64,000 bases of DNA, from assembly GCF_009914755.1 (NCBI RefSeq), contig NC_060928.1. One strand, 5' to 3'. A model generated the notes under the pieces. The model made no database searches. It worked only from the letters and a program-made list of their open reading frames with translations, and was not told the origin of the DNA. Of this stretch, positions 1 through 15,489 are shown piece by piece. Both the position numbers and the translations under genes were made by a program. Within the stretch, counting starts at the first letter, position 1. The number at the start of each line of letters is the position of its first letter. The stretch comes from the human T2T-CHM13v2.0 reference genome, Homo sapiens.

Positions 1-513
1 TCTTGGTCAAATAAATAAATATGGTGTGTATACATGCACACATATATATACAGATACATATTCACATCCACACAGAGACATTTCTTAAGTAATGCAAATC
101 TATACATGTATTTAAAAATATCTATGAACATTAAGTTGCAAACCCTCTCTCATAGGGAAACTGATAATTTCAACAAATTCAGTACACCCTTCTGAAAATA
201 AGTTGTTAACCTATTTATATGGTATCATCAAAAACTATACATACTACTGTCTAACTTACAAATAGTACATTCTTTTGTTGTTGCTGGTAGTAAACTTTTA
301 AACAAATTTATTATACTTTAAGTTCTAGGGTACATGTGCACAACGTGCAGGTTTTTTACATATATATACATGTGCCATGTTGGTTTGCTGCACCCATTAA
401 CTCGTCATTTACATTAGATATTTCTCCTAATGCTATCCCTCCCCCACTCCCCCACCCCATGACAGGCCCTGGTGTGTGATGTTCCCCACCCTGTGTCCAA
501 GTGTTCTCATTGT

Positions 514-4337
<3,824 letters not shown>

Positions 4338-4400
4338 TATGATGTTTGCTGGTTATTTTGCCCGTTAGTTGATGCAGTTTCTTCCTAGCATCGATGGTCT

Positions 4401-5422
4401 TTACAATTTGGCATGTTTTTGCAGTGGCTGGTAGCAGTTTTTCCTTTCCATGTTTAGTGCTTCCTTCAGGAGCTCTTGCAGGGCAGGCCTGGTGGTGACA
4501 AAATCTCTTAGCATTTGCTTGTCAGTAAAAGATTTTATTTCTCCTTCACTTATGAAGCTTAGTTTGGCTGGATATTAAATTCTGGATTGAAAATTGTTTT
4601 CTTTATGAATGTTGAATATTGGCCTCCACTCTCCTGTGGCTTGTAGAGTTTCTGCCGAGAGATTTGCTGTTAGTCTGATGGGCTTCCCTTTGTGGGTAAC
4701 CCGACCTTTCTGACTGCCCTTAACATTTTTTCCTTCATTTCAACCTTGGTGAATCTGACAATTACATGTCTTGGAATTGCTCTTCTCGAGGAGTATGTTC
4801 GTGGTGTTCTCTGTATTTCCTGTGTTTGAATGTTGGCCTGCCTTGGTAGGCTGGGGAAGTTCTCCTGGATAATATCCTGAAGAGTGTTTTCCAGCTTGGT
4901 TCCATTCTCCCCATCACTTTCAGGTACACCAATCAAACATAGATTTGGTCTTTTCATATAGTCCCATATTTCTTGGAGGCTTTGTTGATTTCTTTTTACT
5001 CTTTTTTTCTCTAAACTTCTCTTCTTACTTCATTTCATTAATTTGATCTTTAATCAGTGATACCCTTTCTTCCACTTGATCGAATCAGCTACTGAAGCTT
5101 GTGCATGCATCACGTAGTTCTCGTGCCATGGTTTTCAGCTCCATCAGGTCATTTAAGGTCTTCTCTACACTGATTATTCTAGTTACCCATTCATCTAATC
5201 TTTTTTCAAGATTTTTAGCTTCCTTGCAATGTGTTCAAATATCCTCCTTTAGCTTGGAGAAGTTTGTTATTACCGACCTTCTGAAGCCTACTTCTGTCAA
5301 CTCGCAAAGTCATTCTCCATTCAGGTTTGTTCCATTGCCGGCGAGGAGCTGCGATCCTTTGGAGGAGAAGAGGTGCTCTGGTTTTTAGAATTTTCAGCTT
5401 TTCTGCTCTGGTTTCTCCCCGT
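4401..5422 (-). pseudogene. L1 ORF1, disrupted (start codon ATG>ACG)
   Basis: ACG GGG AGA AAC CAG AGC at 5422; fragment KRPNLCLIGVPESDGENGTKLENTLQDIIQENFP; ends CATGCCAAATTGTAA at 4401. Confidence 0.92.
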
Positions 5423-5629
5423 CTTTGCAGTTTTATCTACCTTTGGTCTTTGAAGATGTTGACCGACAGATGGGGTTTTGGTGTGGATGTCCTTTTCGTT
5501 GATGTTGATGCTATTCCTTTCTCTTTGTTAGCTTTCCTTCTAACAGTCAGGTCCCTCAGCTGCAGGTCCATTGGAGTTTGCTGGAGTTCCACTCCAGACC
5601 CTGTTTTCCAGGGTATCACCAGCAGAGGC

Positions 5630-5683
5630 TGCGGAACAGCAAATATTGCGGAACAGCAAATATTGCAGAACAGCAAATATTGC
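5630..5683. repeat. 3 x 17-bp tandem repeat in L1 5' UTR
   Basis: tgcggaacagcaaatat / tgcggaacagcaaatat / tgcagaacagcaaatat seen directly. Confidence 0.95.
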
Positions 5684-6038
5684 TGCCTGATCCTTCCTCT
5701 GGAAGCTTCATCTCAGAGGGGCATCCGACTGTATGAGATGTCAGTTGGCCCTACTGGGAGGTGTCTCCCAGTTAGGCTACTTGGGGGTCAGGTACACACT
5801 TAAGGAGGTAGTCTTTCCGTTCTCAGAGCTCAAATACCACGCTGGGAGAATCACTGCTCTCTTCAGAGCTGTCAGACAGGGACGTTTAAGACTGCAGAAC
5901 TTTCTGCTGCCTTTTGTTCAGCTATGTCCTGCCCCCAGAGGTGGAGTCTACAGAGGCAGGCAGGCCTGGTTGAGCTGCGGTGGGCTCCACCCAGTTTGAG
6001 CTTCCTGGTTGCTTTTTTTATCTACTCAAGCCTCAGCA

Positions 6039-6371
6039 ATGGCAGACGCTCCTCCCCAAGTCAGGCTGTCTCCTTGCAGTTCGATCTTGGACTGCTGCGC
6101 TAGCAGTGAGCAAGGCTCTGTGGGTGTGGGGCCTGCTGAGCCAAGTGCGGGATATAATCTCCTGGTGTGCTGTTTGCTAAGACTGTTGGGAAAGCATAGT
6201 ATTTGGGTGGCAGTGTCCCAATTTTCCTGGTACAGTCTGTCATGGCTTCCCTTGGCTAGGAAAGGGAAATCCCCCAGATCCTTGCGCTTCCCAGGTGAGG
6301 CAATGTCCTGCGCTGCTTTGGCTTGCCCTCCGTGGGCTGCACCCACTGTCCAACCAGTCCCAATGAGATGA
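6039..6371 (+). CDS. L1 antisense ORF0 homologue, open 110 aa
   Basis: gcaATGG context. MADAPPQVRLSPCSSILDCCASSEQGSVGVGPAEPSAGYNLLV matches the recalled ORF0 N-terminus (MAGAPPPASLPPCSLISDCCASNQRDSVGVGPSEPG). Expression unknown. Confidence 0.6.
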   Translation: MADAPPQVRLSPCSSILDCCASSEQGSVGVGPAEPSAGYNLLVCCLLRLLGKHSIWVAVSQFSWYSLSWLPLARKGKSPRSLRFPGEAMSCAALACPPWAAPTVQPVPMR

Positions 6372-6581
6372 ACCAGCTACCTCAGTTGGAAATGCAGCAA
6401 TCACCTCTTCTGCGTCAATCACGGTGGGAGCTGCAAACCTGAGCTGTTCCTATTCAGCCATCTTGGAATGGACCTCACAAATAGCACACACTTGCAAAAA
6501 TTTTCAGCTTGGAAGTATTAATGTCCTTTGGTCTCTCCTTCTACATCCCTCCCCCAAAAAACCCACTACCCAAGATTAACC

Positions 6582-7084
6582 ATGTGCATCCATTTGCCAT
6601 TGGTGCTATAATAAATTACCACAAACTTGGTGGCTTAAAAAACAACACACACAACAAATTATTTAGTCCTAGAGGTCAGAAATCAGAAATGGGTCTCACT
6701 GGGCAAAACTCAAGGTACTGGCAGAAATGAGTTCCCTTCTAGGGGCTCTAAGGCAGAATCTGTTTCCTTGCCTTTTCTAGCCCCTACAGTTGCCTGCATT
6801 CCTCTGCTTGTGGCTTCCTTCCATCTTCAAACCTGGTAATGGCAGTCAAATCTTTCTCCTACTATACCACCCTGAAACTGACTCTTCTGCCTCTCTTTTT
6901 CACTTACAGGGACGCTTGTCATTACATTGAGCCCAGCTGAATAATCTACACTGAGCTGCCCATCTCAAGATTCTTAGTTTAACCATATCCACAAAGTTCC
7001 TTTTGCCATGTAAGGTAACATATCTAAAGATTCTAGAGATTAAGATGTGGACATATTTGAGGGGGCATTATTCTGCTTATCACA
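6582..7084 (-). mobile_element. MaLR solo LTR, MLT1D-like
   Basis: aaattaccacaaacttggtggcttaaaaacaac ... aaggtaacata ... gatgtggacat ... cattattctgcttatcaca, typical MLT1 termini. Confidence 0.8.
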
Positions 7085-7167
7085 CCAGCATTACATGTTT
7101 GGTGAGTATCTATGAGGAAGACTTTTTAGTATATATTCAGTTATATTTGCAATTTAACATGTTTTGT

Positions 7168-7304
7168 CTAGCTACTTGGGAGTCTGAGGCAGGAGGATCT
7201 CTTGAGGCCAGGAGTTTGAAGCTGTAGTGTGTTATGGTCATGTCTGTGAATAGCCACTGCACTCCAGCTTGAGCAACATAATGAGTATCTGTCTCCAAAA
7301 AAAA
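7168..7304 (+). mobile_element. FAM (fossil Alu monomer), 5'-truncated
   Basis: Alu-like monomer containing the 7SL-derived gtgaatagccactgcactccagc segment, plus an A tail. Confidence 0.8.
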
Positions 7305-7562
7305 TTGTCTAAATAATGTTTTAAAATAATCAAAATGAGATTTTATACTATTCTGCTGCTTGTTTGTTTTTACTTAGCAGTATATAATGCATAGCTTTCC
7401 ACATTGGACAAGATAAATCTAGTAAGGTAATATTTTAAAGAAAGGCTTTCTTCTGAAATTTTGAGAAAAAAATTTTTTTTTTCTGAAAAAAAATAATAAG
7501 GGGGGAAAAAAGAAACCAGGAATCCTGCCTTAGGCTAAATGAAGTGAAAAATGAAAGTGTGG

Positions 7563-7895
<333 letters not shown>

Positions 7896-8011
7896 TCAAG
7901 AGAAGTAGTCTCAGCTCTTTGCATATTGCAGGTGAATGTCATATTTTAGGAAGCGGTTAATATCCAGTTATGTTCTGCTTAGCTCTAGTGAAAATAATCT
8001 CATATGCTCAC

Positions 8012-8200
8012 TGTAGTGGGCATTTGTGGTTATTTTACTGCTTAGTGTCTATTCCCCTTACCAACAGCATCCGATTTCCCTTAGAGCATTACACTCCCCA
8101 GTGGATAACCTTTTTGGGTGTGCCCTGCACCTCCTAGTGAAGAGGGGCCACGTGACCCAAGCTAGGCCAATCACATATTGCCTCTTTTAAACCTAAAATT
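8012..8200 (+). mobile_element. Old ERVL LTR fragment (LTR33-like)
   Basis: tgtagtgggcatttgtgg start and cacgtgacccaagctaggccaatca motif; highly diverged. Confidence 0.45.
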
Positions 8201-8367
8201 TGGAGAAGATGACAAATAAATAACAGTTGACATTTCTACATCCTCGAAATGGTTCTAAAATGATTTTTAAAAGGGTAAGTAGTTAGCAAAATATAAAATA
8301 AAACCCTTAAAACCAACATTGAGCCCTGTCTTCAGAATTGTAACTAAAAATAGTTATAAGAATTGTT

Positions 8368-8680
8368 GGTTGGGTGCAGTGCCTCATGCCTGTAATCCCA
8401 GTACTTTGGGAGGCCAAGGTGGGCAGATCGCTTGAGCCCAGGAGTTCAAGACCAGCCTCGGCAATGTAGTGAAACCCCATCTTACAGAAAATACGAAAAA
8501 CAAAAATAAGCTGGGCCTGGCGGTGCGTGCCTGCAGTTCCAGCTACTCGGGAGGCTGAGGTGGGAGAATCACTTGAGCCCAGGAGGCTGAGGTTGCAGTG
8601 AGTGGAGATTGCACCACTGCACTACAGCCTGGGCAACAGAGTGAGACTCTGTCTTCAAAAAAACAAACAAACAAAAAAAA
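8368..8680 (+). mobile_element. AluJ element
   Basis: Dimeric Alu with the J-type ttgagcccaggag; TSD aagaattgt on both sides. Confidence 0.93.
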
Positions 8681-10596
8681 GAATTGTCAGTCTGCAGCAT
8701 AATAGATAAGAGCTATTTTGTTGAGATCTCTCGTTTTTATCATTGGGTAAAAAGGTGAGTGTACCCAGGGAATCACTTAGGCAATCCCAATTCGTCTCGA
8801 CATTGGTAACCTGACATTACAATTTGGGAAGCTACAGTCGTTATTGCACCTGAGCCATGGTGCGCACCTACCCCTGTACTCTGTAGCCAGACCAGCTGAG
8901 TTGAACGGCTTTAGTCAATATCTGAGCTGGGTGAGGCTGGGCAAAAGAGCAATAGGTGAAAACAATCCCAGCAAGATGCCCTCTCTTCCTTAGAAATCAA
9001 TTACTGAGATATCAAAAAGGAAAAGCAATAGAATGCTTTGCCTAATTAAGCAGTTGAGTTTGTAAGTATTTGATAAAACAGCAAAAGTAAATGCAGCACA
9101 TATATCAGAGCTCTTGGTTGTAAACAGTGGAAACCCAAGGTGGCTTACTTTGAGCTCCATGGAGGAATACGGGGAGAGATACAATAGGTGCTCCCAGAAA
9201 GCTTGTGAAGGGAACAACCAAACCCCAGAAGACAGGGTGCACAGAGTTGGGCAGTGGGATTCTCCAACTCTAGAACTGAGGACCTTACACTTGGTATCAC
9301 CTGTCCCTACAATTTGGCTTCATTCTTCTATACCAGCTGTCTCCATGGGGTGGAGTTACATGGCTGCTTCCAGACATCATCATTAACAAAGAAAGCTCTT
9401 CTTCCTTGTGGAGCTCCACTTCAGAATCCTGGTGAAGGCCTCTGATTGGTTTACCTTTCATAGCCTCTTAGAATAATCACTAAAGACAGTGCATGATGCA
9501 TGGTAATTAACCACATTCCTGCCCTTTGACTGGAACAGAGAGATCAGGGGTCCATAATTAGAAGTTCACACTAGAACCATGTGATTGAAATGGAGAAAGG
9601 TAGACAAAAACAATCCATGTTCAACAAAGCCTGTATATGGAGTCAAATATGCCATATTTGGGTATTTATAAACCTATGAGAAGAAAGAATCTGGGTATCA
9701 TTTGATTTCACAAACTAACATCCCATCAAAAGTGAAAACAAAACAGGATTTATTCAACAAATATTTATATGGCTTAAAATGAGGAAAGCTTGTTTATTTC
9801 TGATTTTTGATCACTCATTGGCTTTTTCAGGATGCCGCTGATATTTTTGTCTCTGTGAATGTGGAGGTCTTTCTAAATTTGTCTTAGTAATAACCCTCCT
9901 GGAGGGTTTCCTAATATATGCAGGAGATAAAGAAAGAATTACTATATACTTGCCCCCAGCGTGGATTTCTTCATAAGCTGCATTCCAAAGGGAATACTGC
10001 ATGCATTACCAAAGTTAAAATGCATGAGTCTGTAGAGCTACACTTTGAAAATATTTAAAATGCTAAAAGATGTGTGCATGTATGTCTGAATATGTCTGAA
10101 TGCAAATGTGTGTGTATGTGTATTTGTGTATGTGAAAACTCTGTTGTAAAATGAAAAACTGAGGGTTGAGTAACCTGGATAGTTCAACAACTTTTAAAGA
10201 AAAAAAGAAATACCTCTTAAATTTGACTCATGACGTTTATTTTGCCTGCATGGTGAAAATGTTGATTTCATTAGTCATAGTAGTTGGCCAATGACAGCTA
10301 TTTCAATATAATCCTTGGATAGTTGACAGCCTTACCAACCATTTCTACAGTTATGAAAATATTCCTCTTCATAATGTGTTAGGAGGTATTACTGCATTTT
10401 TTAAAAGTTCAATTTCTTCATTTTTCTTAAACTAGTGAAAATAACTTTTTAAAATTGGTTTTCACATTTTTGCTGCAGTTATCACTATAAATATGTATTA
10501 TTTTGGCCTATCAGCAGATATCATATTACTTTTGTCAAGAAAATTACCAGTAATACTTGTAGCAAATAAGACATAAATGTAGATAGGCAAACTTAC

Positions 10597-13500
10597 CATC
10601 TTTGTTTGGGTTCCCCAGAATGCAGAGTGAGATAAAGATTTGATTACAGATAGTTTATTTGGTGATCCCAGGAACTTCACGGAATGGAGTGGGGAAAGGG
10701 AGAGAAAGAAAGGAGAAAAGTAAAAAGGGGGTGCCTTAATAAGTAGGTTCCATTTTTCCTAAGCAACTGGGGCCTACTTCCTCTGGGGAGCCTCTGAGAA
10801 ACCAGAAAGAATGTATCTCAGAAGGAATTCACTCTTCTGACTCTTGAACCTCGTTGATTAAAGTTGACCTTGGAGGCATTATGCCCTTAGCACTTGCAGG
10901 CTACTCGCACTGTGAGCTGAGAAGGGCCTCAGCAGAGAAGCAGAGAGTTATGGCACTCGTGGTAGGAAGATGGCAGTGTGTATAGACATGTTTGCAAGCT
11001 GCCGGGGAGCTAACAGGTGAGCCGGGGAACATGGGCAGTGTATCATTAGTGACTACCATGTTCATTCCTTGCTCTCAGCAGATCCTCTCATGCCCACCCT
11101 TAGTTTGCTCTGTTACTGACATTTCAGAGTTGTAGCTGGCTGCAATCTCCAAAAATGACTGAAAATAGAAGAATATGTGGAACAAGTCACAATCTTCACT
11201 GCTGCAGCTGGTCCCAAGGCTATAATCTATACTCATCATCTCTCTCCAATTCCACTTCTTCTAGATTTCCCGAATCCTTGGCTAGCACTTCCACTAGTCA
11301 TCATTGCTTGCTCAGTGTATGACCAGACCTTCATCTCTGAGTGGCTGGGCCTTGATTACCTTGCCCTTGTGAGGACATGGCTACTTCAATTGCTTCTCTG
11401 CTATTATCGCCAGACAAAGAAGCACTAAGGGGGGCCTGAGTGATTCCCCCAAGTTCTAGACATCTTCCTCCCTGGGCCCATTATGTAGCAGCAACTCCGA
11501 CTCTTCAAGATAATCAGTCAGGTGTCCCTGCCAGTATAGTACTCCCATTTTTGCCTGCTGACCTGTCAGTATGGAGATGCCCAAATCCTCAGATGGCACT
11601 GCATTGATGCAGTGGAACACTTACTGTCTCCGTCTGTACACACACCTTGAGACCAAGGCTTTTAATCAGGAAGAGCCTAAAGTTGTAAGAATTAAAAACA
11701 TAATTTCCACTAATGGGTGAAAGGGAGTGTGTTTAAGTCAGTCCTACTTGTATCCTTTAATTATCATTCCTGTGTATTCCAAATGCTGGGAAAACAGCAC
11801 AGTGATTGCATATAGTGATCACTGGTTCAACAAATATGCTGTATCCTCGAGGACAATGACCTAGCCATGCAAGGTGCAATTCCTAAGCCAATGCCTTTTT
11901 AAGTCTTTAAAAGGCTATTCAGATACTCTCTCAGACCCCCGCAAAGTCAATAGTCTTCTGATACAATAGATCAGAGCATTATTCTCATGGGTAGTATTTA
12001 TTATTGTTATTTTTTTGCCTCAGGAATTCAAAGCAGCTCACCAAGTGCTGTGCCTCTGTCTTAGTGGTAGGAAATGTAAAGTATTCTTTTGAGTAGGGTG
12101 TCTCAACATACCCCTGGATCTTTGGGCCCCTAAAATATTCCCTGATGTGGCAGACTTCCAAAACTTTGTAGGGCTTATCTCTCATTCCTTCAGCATGAAG
12201 TATTTAAAACCAGTATACTTGCTCCTTCCTAAAAACCAAGTTCAATTATTATTCTGTCATTAATATAATGGGCCAGGATGATGTTCTATAGAATGTGAAG
12301 ATGATCAAGGTCACTGAAGACTATATTGTAACAGAAATGAGGATCATTGAACAAATTCCTAGGGCCAGGTAGTGAATGATAAAGAGAATGCATTCAACAA
12401 AAACAACAATCTTTGGCACTTAACGTGAGACTATTGAAAAAGTGGTTTGCATTCACAAGAGAAAGACAGAAGTGCACATTCACTATCAATATGAAGGATC
12501 TTGCTAAAGCAACCAGCTTACTTGCTCTTCATGTGGCTTTGCTTTCTTCCAGCATGGCAGCCTCAAGGTAGGTGGTCTTGTTATTTAGTAGCTCAATCTC
12601 ACAGAGGCATATGTCCCCAGGAACAAGGCAGAAGCTGCATCACCTTTTATGACTCAGCTGTAAGAATCACACAGTGTCACTTCTGTACATTACAGGTCAA
12701 AGCAAGTAAAGTCCAGCTTAGATTCAAGGGCATTGAAATTAGGTTTCATCTCTTGGTAGAGGAGTGACAAGATTGCATTGTAGAAGAGCATTTGGGATGA
12801 GAGACATGGTTGCAGCCTTCTTTAGAAAATACAATCTGTCATATCTCTCACAGCAAGAAATGTGCTACCCTGCTCAGGGCATGCTGAGACTTGTTTCCAG
12901 TTTTTGGAATAGAGGCAATGAGGGCAGGAAGTAGCAGACCTTGAAGTAATCTTGGAGGTGTCTGCTTCAGAGGAGGACTGTGTAGAGTCTCTAGGCAAAG
13001 GGAAGCTGTTCTGTTCAAGTAACAGGGTGCAGGATACTCCTGCTAGCCTGGGTTGTTCAGGGAATCTAGGGGTTCAAGGTTATCTAGCACATCTATCCAG
13101 ATGCCTGCCTGCATCCCAGTAGTTTTTAAGGACCATTTCCTTCCTCTAGGGCTTTGACTTTTGCATGAGAGGCCTGCCTGGACTGTGTCTTCAGTCTGCT
13201 CTGTAGTTCAATTCCTCTTGCAGTGAACCCCTGAATGTCATTTTTTTAGAACAGCCTGCCCTCTGGTTGCAGGAAATGGGGGTCTCTTCAGATTCTCCCA
13301 AGGAGACCTTCTGGCTTTCATTGCTATGCTCTGAATGGGTAGTTGGATGTTGTAAACCTATCTTTCTTTTTTCCCAATTCTTCTAGGGGAGTTAACAAGA
13401 ACAAGACAACTCTTCAATTCCTGTGATTATCACAGCCCTATATCTTTCAGGAGTTAGCACTATTGCATAAGGTTAGCGTCTCCTTTCATTTTTACCTCAT

Positions 13501-14125
13501 CCAAGTACACCATGGGTCAATTGTGGGTAATGAAATTCTTCAAAGTGCCAGGGTTTGTCACCACCTTACTCACCACCATTAATGGGGTTTTTGTTGCCTC
13601 CATACCATTGATAATATACTTTCTGTAGTCACTTCCAGTACCTATTATCTTAGTTTGAGTTCCTCCCAAATGAGACCTTGAGACAAAGCTTTGGATACAG
13701 GAGTTTATCTTGGAGAGTATCCCAGGTAGAACAAGTGAGTGAGTGTGCAAATTGAGAGGGGTGAAATGAAAATTGAGTTGGTGAATGAGTTTTTACTGTG
13801 GGCAACTTTGGTTCAATCCCATTTGGGACCTCTGAGGAACCAACCAGAATGCCTTATAATAGTCCCACCAAGGTATGGGACAGTTGCTATTAATCCACTG
13901 ATCCTCATTCTTCATGGGTTGAGGGGTTTTCAGTCCCCAGCAGTTCCAGGATACCTTGTGAGTGTCGGGCAAGCTCTTGGTGTACTGGAGGAAATCCTCG
14001 GAGAAGCAGAATGAGGCAAGTGCTTGATAGGGGAAGACATCAGCATCCTTAGGAAGTGTTCACTGCAGCTGCAGGTCAACTCAGAGTCAAAGGGACATGA
14101 GGAAGGGCATCAAGATAGTCTACTA
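10597..14125 (-). mobile_element. Degenerate ERVL-class provirus with two LTRs (about 10597-11060 and 13646-14125)
   Basis: Two related LTR ends in the same orientation (atctttgtttgggttcccc / atcttagtttgagttcctcc). PBS-like ggtactggaagtg on the minus strand next to the 5' LTR. RT remnant FPTTKTEAQHLVSCFEFLRQ resembles ERVL PTTKKEAQRLVGLFGFWRQ. Confidence 0.75.
12500..12843 (-). mobile_element. MLT1H-like LTR inserted in ERVL internal region
   Basis: Minus strand begins tatgacagattgtattttctaaagaaggctgcaac, matching the recalled MLT1H start. Confidence 0.7.
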
Positions 14126-14169
14126 CCTACTCCTCAGTAATTCACATGAAAAAATCAAGAGGCACTCCC

Positions 14170-15470
14170 TGTTAAACATTGTAGACTGAACACATGCGTT
14201 TATCACAACTCCATCCTGAAGCCTCTCTGAAATGACTGAAAAGGAATAAAAACAATCTTATAAAACCTGGAAGGATAAAGAGAACAGAAGAGGCAACAGC
14301 AGACAAGAGCTAGCAACAAAATGTTGGAAGACAGAAGGCAGACGGGTGAGTGGTAACGAAGTTAACAGAGCAGCAAGAAAGTTTGGCTTTGCTGTGGAAA
14401 ATATCAAAAAGCAAATGAATACCTACTGTACAACCCTGGAAAGGCTCAGAAACTGGAAATTGTTGTTACTTCTGTAGAAAGGGATGCAGGCTGGGGCTGA
14501 AAAAAAATGGGATTGGAGATGACCCCTCAGAATCCTTCTCCTCTTCTGTACACCAACCAGCCCAGCAGGCAACTGGTTTAATTTCTAGGGAAATAGAGCC
14601 AGGGATTTTCAGACCCAATGATACCATGTTTTGTAGAGGATAGGAGTAAGGCTGAAAAAGGATGATCAAGGTCAAGTCTACATGCCATATACTAATTAGT
14701 GAGACTCCCACCCTTTTTCCCTCACTTGCAGTTAGGGCACTGGCAACTAGATTTATATTCCCTAGGCAGGGAATTGGAAGAGTCCCCTTTGACAAAACCA
14801 ACTGATTGGAGAAAAGACTTATATACTGACATTTTTAAGTCTCCCAGTGAAATGACCAGGTGCCTGACTGATTGCTCTCCAGTAAACAGTAGCAATTGAC
14901 AAACACTGCAAATACACACAAAGCTTCCCATTTGCTTTTTAAGTGCCTCACTCTTAAGTGTGAACAATCAAGTATCACCAGACATGTGAGGAAAGTCTCC
15001 AACATAAAATATTAAAGATTAAAATAAACAAATAAATGAATAAAGGCAACTTGGAGTAACAAAAAGTGCAGTGAAAAGAACACTTAAACATATTATTGAC
15101 CTCAAAAAAAAGATAAAATGTTACATCTGCAAAATAAGAATGTGTGGTTACATGAAAAAAGGAGTATGTAGAGCATAAGAAATCATTCTTGGTAAATGAA
15201 AATAGGGTAACAGAAATAACAGATTCAATAAAAGGGCTGGAAGGTAAGTCTTCAAGAAACTAAGTAAAAAGACAAAGGGATGGAAAAATGGAAGAGTCAA
15301 GTAAATCAGGTAATTGAACTAGGAGACCATCATTTACTAACAGGACTTTAAGAAAGACAAAATGTAGAAAACAGAGGGGAGAAATTATAAAAGAAAGGAT
15401 TTTAAAACTTCCCTAGAACAGAAGGATAAGATTCTCCAGATTCATAGGCTCACGAGAACAAGTTCAACGA
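14170..15470 (+). mobile_element. HAL1/ancient L1M 5' region and ORF1 remnant
   Basis: aaacattgtagactgaacacatgcgtttatc 5' motif; A-rich ORF1-like segment gaaaacagaggggagaaattataaaagaa. Confidence 0.55.
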
Positions 15471-15489
15471 GCGAAAACTCCAAGCTTAC

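Noticed and set aside
5630-5683. CRISPR-like or other spacer array (also 30032-30412 and 51445-51580)
   Set aside because: Simple tandem duplications without unique spacers, in primate repeat context; no cas-like ORFs.
7168-7304. 7SL RNA gene or pseudogene
   Set aside because: Lacks the 7SL S domain and has an A tail; fits FAM.
8697-9900. + strand donor AAG|gtgagt (8756) and acceptor ttttcag|G (9830)
   Set aside because: The frames I read from these sites hit stops quickly and no matching partner sites define an exon; such signals are common by chance.
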